This document shows, piece after piece, positions 1 to 11,271 of a stretch of 64,000 nt of DNA. How positions within the stretch are numbered: the stretch's first letter is position 1; each line of letters starts with the position of its first letter. The notes under the pieces were generated by a model. That model was given only the letters and a program-made list of their open reading frames with translations. It did not search any database and was not told where the DNA came from. Origin of the DNA: an uncultured Gammaproteobacteria bacterium (GTDB lineage Bacteria; Pseudomonadota; Gammaproteobacteria; UBA9214); the NCBI GenBank assembly GCA_963748215.1, contig CAVVHS010000001.1:1-64000 (forward strand), read 5' to 3'. The position numbers were made by a program, and so were the translations under genes.

Positions 1-1293
1 CGTAGACCACTCCGAGGGTCGGCGTTGGTCTGTTTGTTGATCGGAACGCTCAGCGTTGCCAACGCCTACACACCCGACAATCACGAGCGCAGCGTGAGGA
101 AGGGGGCCGCCAGGCTTGAGGCGGACCACGGAACCGCGATCGAGGCTGCGGCTATCGAGAACATGGTCGAAGGAGTCCGCGAGCCCGACAAGCTGAGCCC
201 GGCACTCTCCCAGATGGCAATGCAGCGGGTCGAACCCGGCTCGTGGGGCAGGCAGCGCGACATCTCTACCGTGCGCATCGCGTCCCAGTCCATTCACGGC
301 AGTCCGAACCCAACCCGGCCAGTATACAAGAACACCGCCGAGGACCAGGCGAAGAAGGCGAAGACGATCCCGACGCCGGCCAGCGAGCTCATGCCGGATC
401 GCCTGAACCTCGACGTCTACTCCTACGACACAAACGAGGGAGTACGGAACAGGATATTGGTGAATGCGTCCCAGTTCCTGTGCGTCTCTTTCGCCCACGA
501 GAACGACGCGCAGAGCGCCCGCAAGCTCGGTAACATGTTGCACATGATCGGTGATACGTTCTCGGCGTCGCACGTACAGCGATCCGAGCCCGAGGACTCG
601 CCAGACAACTGCGGGACCGAGAAGATCGAGTGGCACTTCAGCATGGACCTGATCGCGTGGAAGTTGCACGCCCCCGCGGACGCGGTAGACGACGACTGGA
701 GGTTCAGCTGTCTCGTCGAGCACACATCGGACCTGATGAAGCTGTGGAACGGCGGTAGAAAAGCGGTTCGGGCCGAGACTGGCGCGGAGGCGAAGCGCGC
801 CCGATCCGACGAGGAGGTTGGCAAGGTCCTTCGGTTGCTCTGCGACCGCATTCTTCGCGAAGACACCGCGGTCCTGGCCCGGCCCGCCGGCGGGGCGGCC
901 GCCGGCTTCTCAAGTGCCTCGGGGACCGACAACTGGCGGTTCTACGAGAGAAAACGAAAGGACAGGGCGATCCAGCCCGTCGGGCTGACCGGACCGGAGG
1001 AGGCACAGGCGTTCCAGATTGAGGTGAACAACCGGCTCATCGAGCTAGGCGGCCCGGAGCGCTTCTGGTATCCGCCTCGGGACTGGGGCGATCTGTGCGC
1101 TGCCATCGGCCCGGAAGAATCGCTACCTCCGGTCCTGCAGTGCACCGCAAAGGAGATCGAGTGGGCGATGAGCGGCAGTCGCGAGGTCCAGGGCATGTGG
1201 ATCGTCCCGAGGACGCAGCAGCAATCCGGTGGCGGGGACGCCGCTCGCGTTCGCGGCGCCAACGGCAGCGATTTTTCTTCAGCAAGACATTGA
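1..1293 (+). CDS. Secreted protein with Zn-dependent phospholipase C / S1-P1 nuclease-like motifs (probably 5'-partial)
   Basis: Frame is open from base 1 (RRPLRGSALVCLLIGTLSVANA, signal-peptide-like). Predicted mature N-terminus YTPDNH and internal LGNMLHMIGDTFSASH resemble the Zn-ligand motifs of the PLC/P1 fold. Confidence 0.55.
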   Translation, partial: RRPLRGSALVCLLIGTLSVANAYTPDNHERSVRKGAARLEADHGTAIEAAAIENMVEGVREPDKLSPALSQMAMQRVEPGSWGRQRDISTVRIASQSIHGSPNPTRPVYKNTAEDQAKKAKTIPTPASELMPDRLNLDVYSYDTNEGVRNRILVNASQFLCVSFAHENDAQSARKLGNMLHMIGDTFSASHVQRSEPEDSPDNCGTEKIEWHFSMDLIAWKLHAPADAVDDDWRFSCLVEHTSDLMKLWNGGRKAVRAETGAEAKRARSDEEVGKVLRLLCDRILREDTAVLARPAGGAAAGFSSASGTDNWRFYERKRKDRAIQPVGLTGPEEAQAFQIEVNNRLIELGGPERFWYPPRDWGDLCAAIGPEESLPPVLQCTAKEIEWAMSGSREVQGMWIVPRTQQQSGGGDAARVRGANGSDFSSARH

Positions 1294-1318
1294 AGGGCGC
1301 GTAAAATTCGGCAGCGGC

Positions 1319-3001
1319 TCACTCGCCTCCGTTGATCGTGAAGCGAAGCGCGACGTCCCTGTCGAAAGCCGCGTTGTCGAACCAGATCCCATTGTCGGCG
1401 TAGTAATGCTTGATTGCGGCGGCGAGTTTCATCAACTCCGTAACGCTACCCCTCTCCGTGGCATTCTGATCGGTGACCATCTCAGCCGTCTGTAGATAGC
1501 GCCAGGCGATCGCGGGTGTCCGCGGATCCGCCAGGCTGTCGACCATATACTTGCGTATGTTTTTTGGCTCGTGAGCCCCGGGGTCGGGCGGGGGAAGGAG
1601 GTCCCGAAGTGTCGGCTCATTAACATAGATCGTCTTGCCCACATGCTTGCCACCTCCGCCAACCTTTTCGGTCGAGACAGGATCCCTGGAAATCAAAACA
1701 CGGTATCCCGCCGGCCGGCTCGAGTCGAGCAATCGTGACACAATGCGCGGATCCGTGACCGCCAGCGCATGGCTGTCGATGGGGTTGAGCGCGCTTGAGA
1801 AGAACTCCGAGTCTAGACCTGACTCGGTCAGCGTCTTTGCCCATTGCCTGTCGCCGGCCCTCGGAGCGCCGTAGGTGATCAGCTTGATCTGCTTCCATGG
1901 CCAGCCTTTGAGTGCCGCCGGCATCGCGTTGCCGGCTCCGTTGGGGCCATACCGGTCGCCCAGCAGCACGGCGCTGGCAAAGTGTTGTGCCAGTGCGCCC
2001 CCGAGGCTGTGTCCGGTGACATAGATGTTGTCGGGGCTGATGCCTCGATTGATGTCAGCGACCTTGTTCAAGCAATGGAACACCTGCGGGAAGATGGACT
2101 GCATACTCCGCGCGAAGCCCCGGTTGACCTCACTCGTCGTGGTGATGAACTCTGCGCCCTGACCTGCAACAAGGCGGTTGTAGCCCATGTCCGTGATCCA
2201 ATCCGGATTGCCGGTCGCTTGCTGGTCGCTGAATGCTTGCCATATCGCCCGGCCTGCCGATCCACTGCGGCTTCCCCGGAAGGCGATGTGCACGTCATAG
2301 TGGCCACCAGGCTTCGTTCGCAGGAGTACAAAACCCATGAGGCTCTGCGAGGCCGGCTGGTCCGCCTCGCCCTTGTCGCCCGTCCCGCCTTCGAAGGCCA
2401 GCAAGACGTCATCGGCGTCCGCTGCTCTGTCATCTCGCCCGGGCACGACCCGATCGAGGGACACCGCGTCCTCCTTGCCGCCGGTCGTCTTGCGATAGGC
2501 GACATAGACGTCCCTGATCCGCCCCGTGATATCCCCTGGCGTCATGTATTCGGTCCACTGGCCATCCGCGTTGGTGATGCTATTGCTCCATGGGTGGAGG
2601 TGAGCATAGTTGTACAGGATTGGATCATGGTGCGGGTTGTCCGCGAACCCACCGAGGACACCGGGTCCCCGGTATGCGTCCAGCCCAACGGTGTTGCCCG
2701 GTTGCTCCGCGCCCTTCACCTTTGTCCAGGCATGAACCTTCGCGATGAATCGGTCCCGGTCATCGCCCAACTCCTCGTAGTAGGGATCGAAGGGCCAGAC
2801 CAAAGACTGTCCGTACAATTGGTAGGCAAGGATGGAGAGGTCCAGGTGGTAGACGAGCGGGTGATAGGGGAAGCTTTCCAGGCTTTTCCCGTCCCAGGCC
2901 TCGGCACGTGTATCCGTCCTCGGGGTGTGGGCGCAGCCGGTAAACAATAGAAACAATCCGGCCACAAGACAGAAGAGTCGGGTGCTATGGATGGGTTTCA
3001 T
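1319..3001 (-). CDS. Lipoprotein, lipase class 3 (alpha/beta hydrolase)
   Basis: Start MKPIHSTRL with lipobox LFTGC; IAFRGS oxyanion region, YVTGHSLGGALA nucleophile elbow, ITYGAPRAGD, RDPV and a C-terminal His. Confidence 0.85.
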   Translation of the reverse strand: MKPIHSTRLFCLVAGLFLLFTGCAHTPRTDTRAEAWDGKSLESFPYHPLVYHLDLSILAYQLYGQSLVWPFDPYYEELGDDRDRFIAKVHAWTKVKGAEQPGNTVGLDAYRGPGVLGGFADNPHHDPILYNYAHLHPWSNSITNADGQWTEYMTPGDITGRIRDVYVAYRKTTGGKEDAVSLDRVVPGRDDRAADADDVLLAFEGGTGDKGEADQPASQSLMGFVLLRTKPGGHYDVHIAFRGSRSGSAGRAIWQAFSDQQATGNPDWITDMGYNRLVAGQGAEFITTTSEVNRGFARSMQSIFPQVFHCLNKVADINRGISPDNIYVTGHSLGGALAQHFASAVLLGDRYGPNGAGNAMPAALKGWPWKQIKLITYGAPRAGDRQWAKTLTESGLDSEFFSSALNPIDSHALAVTDPRIVSRLLDSSRPAGYRVLISRDPVSTEKVGGGGKHVGKTIYVNEPTLRDLLPPPDPGAHEPKNIRKYMVDSLADPRTPAIAWRYLQTAEMVTDQNATERGSVTELMKLAAAIKHYYADNGIWFDNAAFDRDVALRFTINGGE

Positions 3002-3016
3002 AGTGAGTATCTTCCT

Positions 3017-3136
3017 AAGGAGATTGAACCAAGCTTGCCAGCACGTCATCTCGAGATGGATATCTTCTTGCCGAACTCCACGAGCCGTAACATGATAGAG
3101 ACCATCGGAAAGCTCGATGCGTAAGCATCTTGCCAT
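3017..3136 (-). pseudogene. N-terminal fragment of a REP-associated tyrosine transposase (RAYT/Y1)
   Basis: MARCLRIELSDGLYHVTARGVRQEDIHLE matches the RAYT N-terminus (MARPLRIE..G.lYHVT.RG..R.dIF). The HUH motif is missing. In frame with the downstream lipase. Confidence 0.75.
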
Positions 3137-3675
3137 GGCTGCAGCTATTTTGCGGTATTACCTCAACGCTATATTTCAGGGATGGTATGTCGCACACAGC
3201 AGTGCTGTATGTGACAGTGCGGAACCTGACCTCCGGCATCCGACAAGTGCCAGTAGGATCGGCAAGGTAATCATACAGACTTCAATCTGGGGGTAAGCGT
3301 GTAAGTATGCTCTGGGTCTTATTAGCGATCAAGGGCCAGCGTACTTGATCGATTCACTCGATAATTTCTAGTACTGACTCCACGATTCATAATATTTACC
3401 GGACGTTCCGCGCAGCGTGTGATTGGAAAATAGACCTGTCCTCTTTTTCGCCCTCGTACTTCCGGGTTTTCACTGAGGATACGTCGCAGAGCAATCATAT
3501 GGTTTGCCCGACTTTCTCATTGGCTATCTCGAGTTTAGCAACTTTGTCGGCTTCCTTGCGAGCCACCTCTTTGCCGTCAATCCACGATTTAATCAGGTCT
3601 GGCGTATGCTTGACGAGACATCAGATTTCCGGGTGGATTCTCTCGAGATGCGTGGGTTTTGCTTCCTGTTCTCTG

Positions 3676-4353
3676 CTATACCGGTTTGCTGCTGCGCAAG
3701 GCGGCGTAGGAAAGCAAAAAGTACCCATGTAGCAGCAGCGAGAAATTCCACTCAATAACATTCTGGATGTCGCCCTTGTCGGCGACGAAATTAGTGACCG
3801 GGATACTGACAAGCCCCATGGCCAGCAATACCAGACACAGTATCAGTTGGAGCCGGGATACTCGCAGCAAGGCGTCGTTGTCATCCTGTACCGCGAGCCG
3901 GTACAGGCGGCTAGCCAGCAGCAACTGGGCGAGATAAGTGAAACCGAAGTAGACGGTCACACCATAGCGACGCATTATCCGGTAAAAAGGTCCCTCCGAA
4001 CCCAGGTAAAATATATAGACACACAACGCGATCGCGCCAACGATACCCACCAACACAAGCTGCCGCCTGGACCAGTCCGACCGTTCTCCCAGGTCATACA
4101 ACCACGAATTAGAGCGGAACCAGAACAAGATCATCAGCGCGGCGGACAGAGACAGTGCCGGCTTGAATACATAGCTGGATGGCGGTTTCCTGCCAGTACT
4201 ACTGATGGACGTGCAGCCGTCGAGATAGGGAATGCATTCCGGTACGGTATCGCTCGCGACGGCAATAATGTAAGCAAGGTTGATTGCCAGGATAGGCAAC
4301 AAGCCGATTGTCAAAGCGATCACTCTGGTGGAGTGGATATGTGCACGCGTCAT
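3676..4353 (-). CDS. Multi-pass membrane protein (Frag1/DRAM/Sfk1-like)
   Basis: About 6 hydrophobic helices; CIPYLDGCTSISSTGR motif; C-terminal EW motif. Start taken at MTRAH. Confidence 0.7.
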   Translation of the reverse strand: MTRAHIHSTRVIALTIGLLPILAINLAYIIAVASDTVPECIPYLDGCTSISSTGRKPPSSYVFKPALSLSAALMILFWFRSNSWLYDLGERSDWSRRQLVLVGIVGAIALCVYIFYLGSEGPFYRIMRRYGVTVYFGFTYLAQLLLASRLYRLAVQDDNDALLRVSRLQLILCLVLLAMGLVSIPVTNFVADKGDIQNVIEWNFSLLLHGYFLLSYAALRSSKPV

Positions 4354-4565
4354 ACCTGCATTGTATAAATTGCTGTGCAAGACTGTAACTGGTTAGATCA
4401 TTTCAAGCATTACATGTCAAAATAATGTGACTCAATGGCCGCCCCGGAATATTCGCTGGAATTAATTCCGCAGCTGATAATAAGGGTGTGAATCTCACCG
4501 AATAGCGGAAGAAGTTCGAAGCCGGCCCATCGGACCGATAGGTGGGGTGCTATGGCGGCCATGAA

Positions 4566-4643
4566 GCTGTTCCTGTGGCAGTCTGGCTGTTCGGCTCCGG
4601 CTTGTTGGGGCTGATTGGAGTAGCGAGGAAGAAAGCGGCTTAA
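4566..4643 (+). pseudogene. Orphan VPLPA/PEP-CTERM sorting-signal remnant
   Basis: Translates as AVPVAVWLFGSGLLGLIGVARKKAA*. In-frame TAG at 4539-4541 leaves no passenger domain. Confidence 0.75.
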
Positions 4644-4660
4644 TAGACAGAAGTAAGAAA

Positions 4661-4690
4661 ACACACCCCACAGGGAGCGTGGGGGTGTGT
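4661..4690. terminator. Hairpin after the CTERM remnant
   Basis: ACACACCCC...GGGGTGTGT inverted repeat; no clear U-tract. Confidence 0.4.
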
Positions 4691-5172
4691 CTGTGAACCA
4701 ATACGGTAATTATTGTTAGTTAGCGTTTGCGATTCACTTACCTTCAAGATATCGACGGTCTAACCAGCTGTATATTGGCCATTGGTACGAGGGATTGAGA
4801 AAACCATACACAAGATTATCAATCATCTCCCTCGGCCTCACGAAGTATAAAATCAGCAACCATCTGCCCATCTCTATCGCGATGCTCTGAATACTGCGTG
4901 AAGTAACAGCCGTCATACTCCGTGTAATTCAGTGTTGCTGAAAGCAGGGCTTCATATAGCGTCTGCTCCTTCTCGATGCTGAACCTGATTACAATTGCGC
5001 CATATCTTGATTATATTGCTGGCTACTCTGGAGCTATTCCTGTATGGTTGCCTTAGCTACAGATTCTGTGATTGGCGGTTTTGGTCGTTCCCTCCGTGTT
5101 ACCCCCTGAATTTCTCGATTCATTACCTGTATGCGACACCCGGTTGTTTAATTTATTCAAGGTAAAAGTGAT

Positions 5173-5373
5173 ATGTCTACAGGTACAGTAAAGTGGTTTA
5201 ACGAAGCCAAAGGTTTTGGATTTATTTCCCCGTCAGATGGTGGTGAGGATGTATTCGTACATTTCAACGCGATCCAGGGCGATGGCTTCAAGACCCTGGC
5301 AGAAGGCCAGTCGGTCAACTTCGATGTGGAGCGAGGCCCCAAGGGTCTGCAGGCAACTAACGTTACCTCCTGA
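5173..5373 (+). CDS. cspA: Cold-shock protein (CspA family)
   Basis: [15 protein letters not shown] and DVFVHF (RNP1/RNP2 motifs); 66 aa. Confidence 0.97.
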   Translation: MSTGTVKWFNEAKGFGFISPSDGGEDVFVHFNAIQGDGFKTLAEGQSVNFDVERGPKGLQATNVTS

Positions 5374-5403
5374 CAGGACCGCATCGGATAATCCGATAAA
5401 AGG

Positions 5404-5431
5404 AACCCCGCTTCGGCGGGGTTTTCTGTTT
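5404..5431 (+). terminator. Rho-independent terminator of csp
   Basis: AACCCCGC-TTCG-GCGGGGTT followed by TTCTGTTT. Confidence 0.9.
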
Positions 5432-5628
5432 CTGGCAATGACTGATTCAGGCCGTACCCAGACGTACCCAACCTGTAGTATGCGGCGAGTGTAACGAACT
5501 GCAACGGTTACGCAATGATGCGCTTTGCTGCGTTCGGTACATGCCGCGGCAGATGTGTTTCAGGTGAGACGTTGGTCCGTAACCGTTGTATGTGAAGAAT
5601 GCACTGAAGTGGTTTTATAGAGAATCGA

Positions 5629-6021
5629 ATGTCAAAATTTACGAAATTCCGGTCATCTGTTCCTGAGGGTATGAAAATCTTTGCGCATGGTGTTGAGGTT
5701 GCAGAGGACAATCACTGCCACCGTTATGCGAGGAAATTCGTAAAACGCAGCAAGCGAAGGATCTATCTGAAACGCGAACCTGAGAACAAACCTGATTTCA
5801 GTGCTATCAGGGTCATGGGTGAATCGACAGGCTGGTTCTTTGGGGCAAGGAAATGCATCGGGTATGTTCCTGCAGATCTCGCCAGGAAGCTCGTGATAAG
5901 CGGAATTGATGCTAAAGTTGAAGCGCAGCTACAGATGATACTGGTAGATGGCAAGGATTCTGTAAAAATCCGCTTTGATCTTCTGGGGTCGTCGGATGAT
6001 TATGAAAAATACAGTTCATAA
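5629..6021 (+). CDS. Stand-alone HIRAN-domain protein
   Basis: LKREPENKPDFSAIRV and IGYVPADLA resemble the HIRAN motifs L.REP.N..D.nAI.V and iGYvP. Confidence 0.7.
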   Translation: MSKFTKFRSSVPEGMKIFAHGVEVAEDNHCHRYARKFVKRSKRRIYLKREPENKPDFSAIRVMGESTGWFFGARKCIGYVPADLARKLVISGIDAKVEAQLQMILVDGKDSVKIRFDLLGSSDDYEKYSS

Positions 6022-6410
6022 ACGCAGGCAGGTGCCTGTGTGGCAGCTTTTGGGTATACCTCCAGAACGTAAGTAATAGGTCAGCCTGTCCCGGATGCCT
6101 TCCGCGACCATGGGTTGCCTGCCATTTCATGCGAGCGGCAGGCAGGGTTGATCTGCGAAGCAAGGTTCAGCAGTATCAAAACCGGTGACGGTATCAACTG
6201 CACGTCTGCTGACGACCGGTCCCGGAACTTCGTGCGTCGTCGCGAGCATGGCTGATCAATTTCGTGATCTGGAGCAAGACGGGTGCTGATTGCGTCGTCG
6301 TTTTACTCTGCGCAATGATGGCGCCGGACGGGTAGTGCTGCGATGCGTTGCGTCAACCGGTGCCGCACTCCATCACACCTGCAATGACATCCGCACCCGA
6401 CCGGTCCGGT

Positions 6411-7466
6411 TTACTTTTCGTCCGGCTGGTATTTCGCAATCCACGCACCTTCCAGATCCAGCCGTTCTTCCAGCAGCGCGACCCAGTCGCGGGCCTCGCG
6501 GGAATTCCTGTAGCCGGTGGTGCGAATGCGGATCATGGGTTTGCCCTTGACCGTGACGTGCACAAGTTCCGCGTTCACGCCCTTGTCTCGGAATGTGGCC
6601 AGCTTGCGTTTGGCCATGGATTCGAAATTGTAGGAGGCGAGGTTGACGACCCAGGTGCCCTGCAGGTCGCGCACAGCCTGCGCCGGCGCGGACTTCCTGG
6701 CCGGGGTGCCGGGCAGGGACTCGATGGCCGCCATGTGCAGGGCGACCTGCTGCGTCGGTTCGTCCGCGGCGGGATTCGGTGCCTTGATTGGCGTGTCTGC
6801 GTTGTTGATGGCCGGCATCGACGCGGCAGCGGGCGCGGCTGCGTCACCTGCCATCGTCGTACCTGCCATCGTCCCGGCCGCCGTCCCGGGCAATTCATCC
6901 AGCGTCATGGCCAGGTCCTTGTCCCCGGCATCGGTCGGGGCGTCGGCGGGCGGAGCGGATTGCGGCTCCTGTTGTGACGGAATCGTGGCGGCGGCCAGCG
7001 GCATGCGGTCGTCAGCGTCCGTGGCTGTCGCTGCCGCTGTCGCCGGCCCGTCCTGTGCCGGGATCCCGGGGTGGGTGCGGATGACCGGTTGGGCAGTGGT
7101 CACCTGCTGCAGCGACTGGCGGCCGGCCAGCATGATGGGCGGCGGCCGAATGCCGCTGCTCGCGACCCGTTGATCCGGTGTGACAACGGAGAGGTAAACC
7201 CCGGTCGTGCCGACCAGCAGCGCCAGCACCGCCAGCTGGGCCAGTCCGGTCAGCAGGCGGGTCGTCAGCGGTTTGCGTGGCGCTTGTTCCGGCGCGGGGG
7301 TGTGTCGCACGGTGTCCATCCATACCTGGTAGGTGCCAAGGGTGCCGATATCGTCCCAGTGTTCCCAGGGGGCGGGGCCGGCGGCGAAGGCGGCGACGCC
7401 TTCCTGCTGCATGCGCTGTTCGAAGGCTCTCAGTTTCCCGGTATCTTCCGCGGCGATGCTCGGCAT
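6411..7466 (-). CDS. SPOR-domain membrane-anchored protein
   Basis: One TM helix, Ala/Pro-rich linker, C-terminal WVVNLASY...IRIRTTGY SPOR domain. Confidence 0.85.
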   Translation of the reverse strand: MPSIAAEDTGKLRAFEQRMQQEGVAAFAAGPAPWEHWDDIGTLGTYQVWMDTVRHTPAPEQAPRKPLTTRLLTGLAQLAVLALLVGTTGVYLSVVTPDQRVASSGIRPPPIMLAGRQSLQQVTTAQPVIRTHPGIPAQDGPATAAATATDADDRMPLAAATIPSQQEPQSAPPADAPTDAGDKDLAMTLDELPGTAAGTMAGTTMAGDAAAPAAASMPAINNADTPIKAPNPAADEPTQQVALHMAAIESLPGTPARKSAPAQAVRDLQGTWVVNLASYNFESMAKRKLATFRDKGVNAELVHVTVKGKPMIRIRTTGYRNSREARDWVALLEERLDLEGAWIAKYQPDEK

Positions 7467-7469
7467 GGG

Positions 7470-9137
<1,668 letters not shown>

Positions 9138-9242
9138 CGATCAGGGCACTCCGGGTGCGTGATTCAAGGCGCACATTATAGGCGTCGCCCGCAGCCGGGC
9201 AAGCTGCCGGTTCCCTGGCAGTGTGCGTTGCGCGGCGCGGCG

Positions 9243-9680
9243 CTACCGGACCAGCGGATACTGTTGCCTGCGCCATTCTTCCATGCCGGTGCGGAACCAG
9301 AAGATGCGTGAATAGCCGCAGTCACGTGCGATCTGCGCGGCGTGTGACGAGCGTCTGCAGCGGACGCCATTACAATAGAACAGTACCGGGGTATCGAGCG
9401 CCGGAATGCGGGCGGCCAGCGTCGTGCAATCGGTCTGGTTGTCCGGCAGGCTGATCGAACCCTCGATGAAGCCTTCCTTGCGGTCCGCGCTGATGCGCGA
9501 GTCGATCAGTATCAGTCCGGGCGTGCGGGTGACCAGTTCGATCAGACCCTCGGCGTCGACCTTGGTGATGCCGTCGATCTGCTCGGGGCTGATGAAGGCG
9601 TCGCCATCGGCCGCGACTTGCGGCAGGGCGGCCATGCCCAGCAGGCACACGGTGAACAGGGTCTGGAGTATCACGGTCAT
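9243..9680 (-). CDS. Secreted rhodanese-like protein
   Basis: Signal peptide; LIDSR..D...GFIEGSI; active-site loop FYCNGVRCRRS; GMEEW. Confidence 0.85.
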   Translation of the reverse strand: MTVILQTLFTVCLLGMAALPQVAADGDAFISPEQIDGITKVDAEGLIELVTRTPGLILIDSRISADRKEGFIEGSISLPDNQTDCTTLAARIPALDTPVLFYCNGVRCRRSSHAAQIARDCGYSRIFWFRTGMEEWRRQQYPLVR

Positions 9681-10194
9681 GGGCCAGGGGTGCCGGGGAA
9701 CACAGCGCCAGACCTTCCGGTCTGGGCGTGAAAAAGTCAACCGCGGAGGCCTTGCCGCGTGGGCGACCTGCCTGCCATGTCGTCAACAACACATGAGGAA
9801 TGTTTTATAACTATATAATAAATATGATAAACAAATGAAATTGTGTGCGTCCGCTGTGTCGGGATAATCCGGCATGGCCCGGGCCAGCCTCTCGTTCGAT
9901 TCCTGGTCTCACCTGATCCATGCCTTCCGTGACACTTGTCCATGGCCCAGGCCAGTTTCTCGACCGGTTCCCGGTCTCACCTTCTCTTTGTACGTCGCGC
10001 GAGCTGTTGGCAGGTGAAAAGCTCACGGACGCGGTCCGCACCTGCAGGAGCGTCTGATCAGAGTAGGAGCGGTTCACAAGCACGCTCTTTTGATGATGTT
10101 TATTCCTCGTTGTCGTTTCACCGTCGATGGGGGAGAGTGTGCATCTCGCCGGTGGCGCGCTACCCTGTCACAGAACAGAACAGGAAACGCTTAT

Positions 10195-11139
10195 ATGGCA
10201 AGCACATGTGTCTATGTGGGACCCGACCTGGCCCGCTACGGTTTCGGCGATAGTCATCCCTTCGGGCCGGACCGGCTCGACGCCTTCTGGCGCCATGCGC
10301 AGGCGCAGGGCCTGGCGGCGAAGATCATGCCGTGCGCACCCGTGTCCGCCACGCGCGAGGCGCTCGAGCGTTTCCATGACCGCGACTATGTCGAACGGGT
10401 GATCCGGCAGTCGTCGACGGGCGAGGGCTGGCTTGACCAGGGCGACACCCCGGCCTTCCCCGGCATCCACGAGGCCGCCTGCTTTGTCGTCGGCAGCGTG
10501 CTCGATGCCGTCGAACGACTGCTTGCGGGCAGCTGTACGCGTGCCTTCGTGCCCATTGCCGGCCTGCACCATGCACGGCGTGACGGCGCCGCCGGTTTCT
10601 GTGTCTACAACGACTGCGGCATCGCCATCGAAACCCTGCGTCGCGTGCACGGCGTGCAGCGTGTCGCCTATGTCGATATCGACGCGCATCATGGTGACGG
10701 TGTGTTCTACGGGTTCGAGGATGATCCCGACCTGCTGTTCGCAGACCTGCATGAAGACGGGCGCTGGCTCTATCCGGGCACCGGCGCGGCCAACGAAACC
10801 GGTACGGGCCGGGCGGAGGGCAGCAAGCTCAACATCCCGTTGCCGCCGGGCGCCGGCGACGAGGCGTTTTTCGAGGCATGGCAGCGCATGGAGCAATACC
10901 TCGAAGCGCAGGCCCCGGAGTTCATCCTGTTCCAGTGCGGCGCGGACAGTATCGACGGCGATCCGATTACGGACCTGCGCCTGACCCCGGCCGCGCACCG
11001 CCATGCGGCAGTGCGGCTCTGCGAGCTGGCTGACCGCCACTGCCAGGGCCGCCTGCTGGTGATGGGCGGTGGCGGCTACAACCGCACCAACCTGGCGCTG
11101 GCCTGGAGCGCGGTGCTGGAGGCACTGATCGCGAGTTGA
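10195..11139 (+). CDS. Histone deacetylase-family protein (AcuC-like)
   Basis: HPFGPDR, AGLHHA, GFCVYND, DIDAHHGDG, LYPGTG, GADSIDGDP, GGGGY. Confidence 0.92.
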   Translation: MASTCVYVGPDLARYGFGDSHPFGPDRLDAFWRHAQAQGLAAKIMPCAPVSATREALERFHDRDYVERVIRQSSTGEGWLDQGDTPAFPGIHEAACFVVGSVLDAVERLLAGSCTRAFVPIAGLHHARRDGAAGFCVYNDCGIAIETLRRVHGVQRVAYVDIDAHHGDGVFYGFEDDPDLLFADLHEDGRWLYPGTGAANETGTGRAEGSKLNIPLPPGAGDEAFFEAWQRMEQYLEAQAPEFILFQCGADSIDGDPITDLRLTPAAHRHAAVRLCELADRHCQGRLLVMGGGGYNRTNLALAWSAVLEALIAS

Positions 11140-11271
11140 CCCGTAGTGGGTGCGAAGATGCGGGCGCGAGGCCATCGTATGGATTCGTTAGCACGGCCAC
11201 GCAGAATCGGCTATTATTCACTCCCAGCCGGGATCCGGTTAATTCTTACCAACTTCATAAAGTTATCCGAT

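Noticed and set aside
1319-3136. 605-aa ORF as one native protein
   Set aside because: The lipobox signal begins at codon 46; the preceding part is a transposase fragment.
3496-3670. Protein-like minus-strand stretch (KHTPDLIKSWIDGKEVARKEA) interrupted by a stop
   Set aside because: May be a gene remnant, but I cannot assign it to any family.
4734-4916. 60-aa minus-strand ORF
   Set aside because: Poorly placed RBS and no recognisable family; could be a small protein but unsupported.
9720-10190. Riboswitch or Zur box between rhodanese and the deacetylase
   Set aside because: AT-rich promoter-like stretch and a repeated GGTCTCACCT, but no match to c-di-GMP, ZTP, SAM or Zur consensus that I can support.
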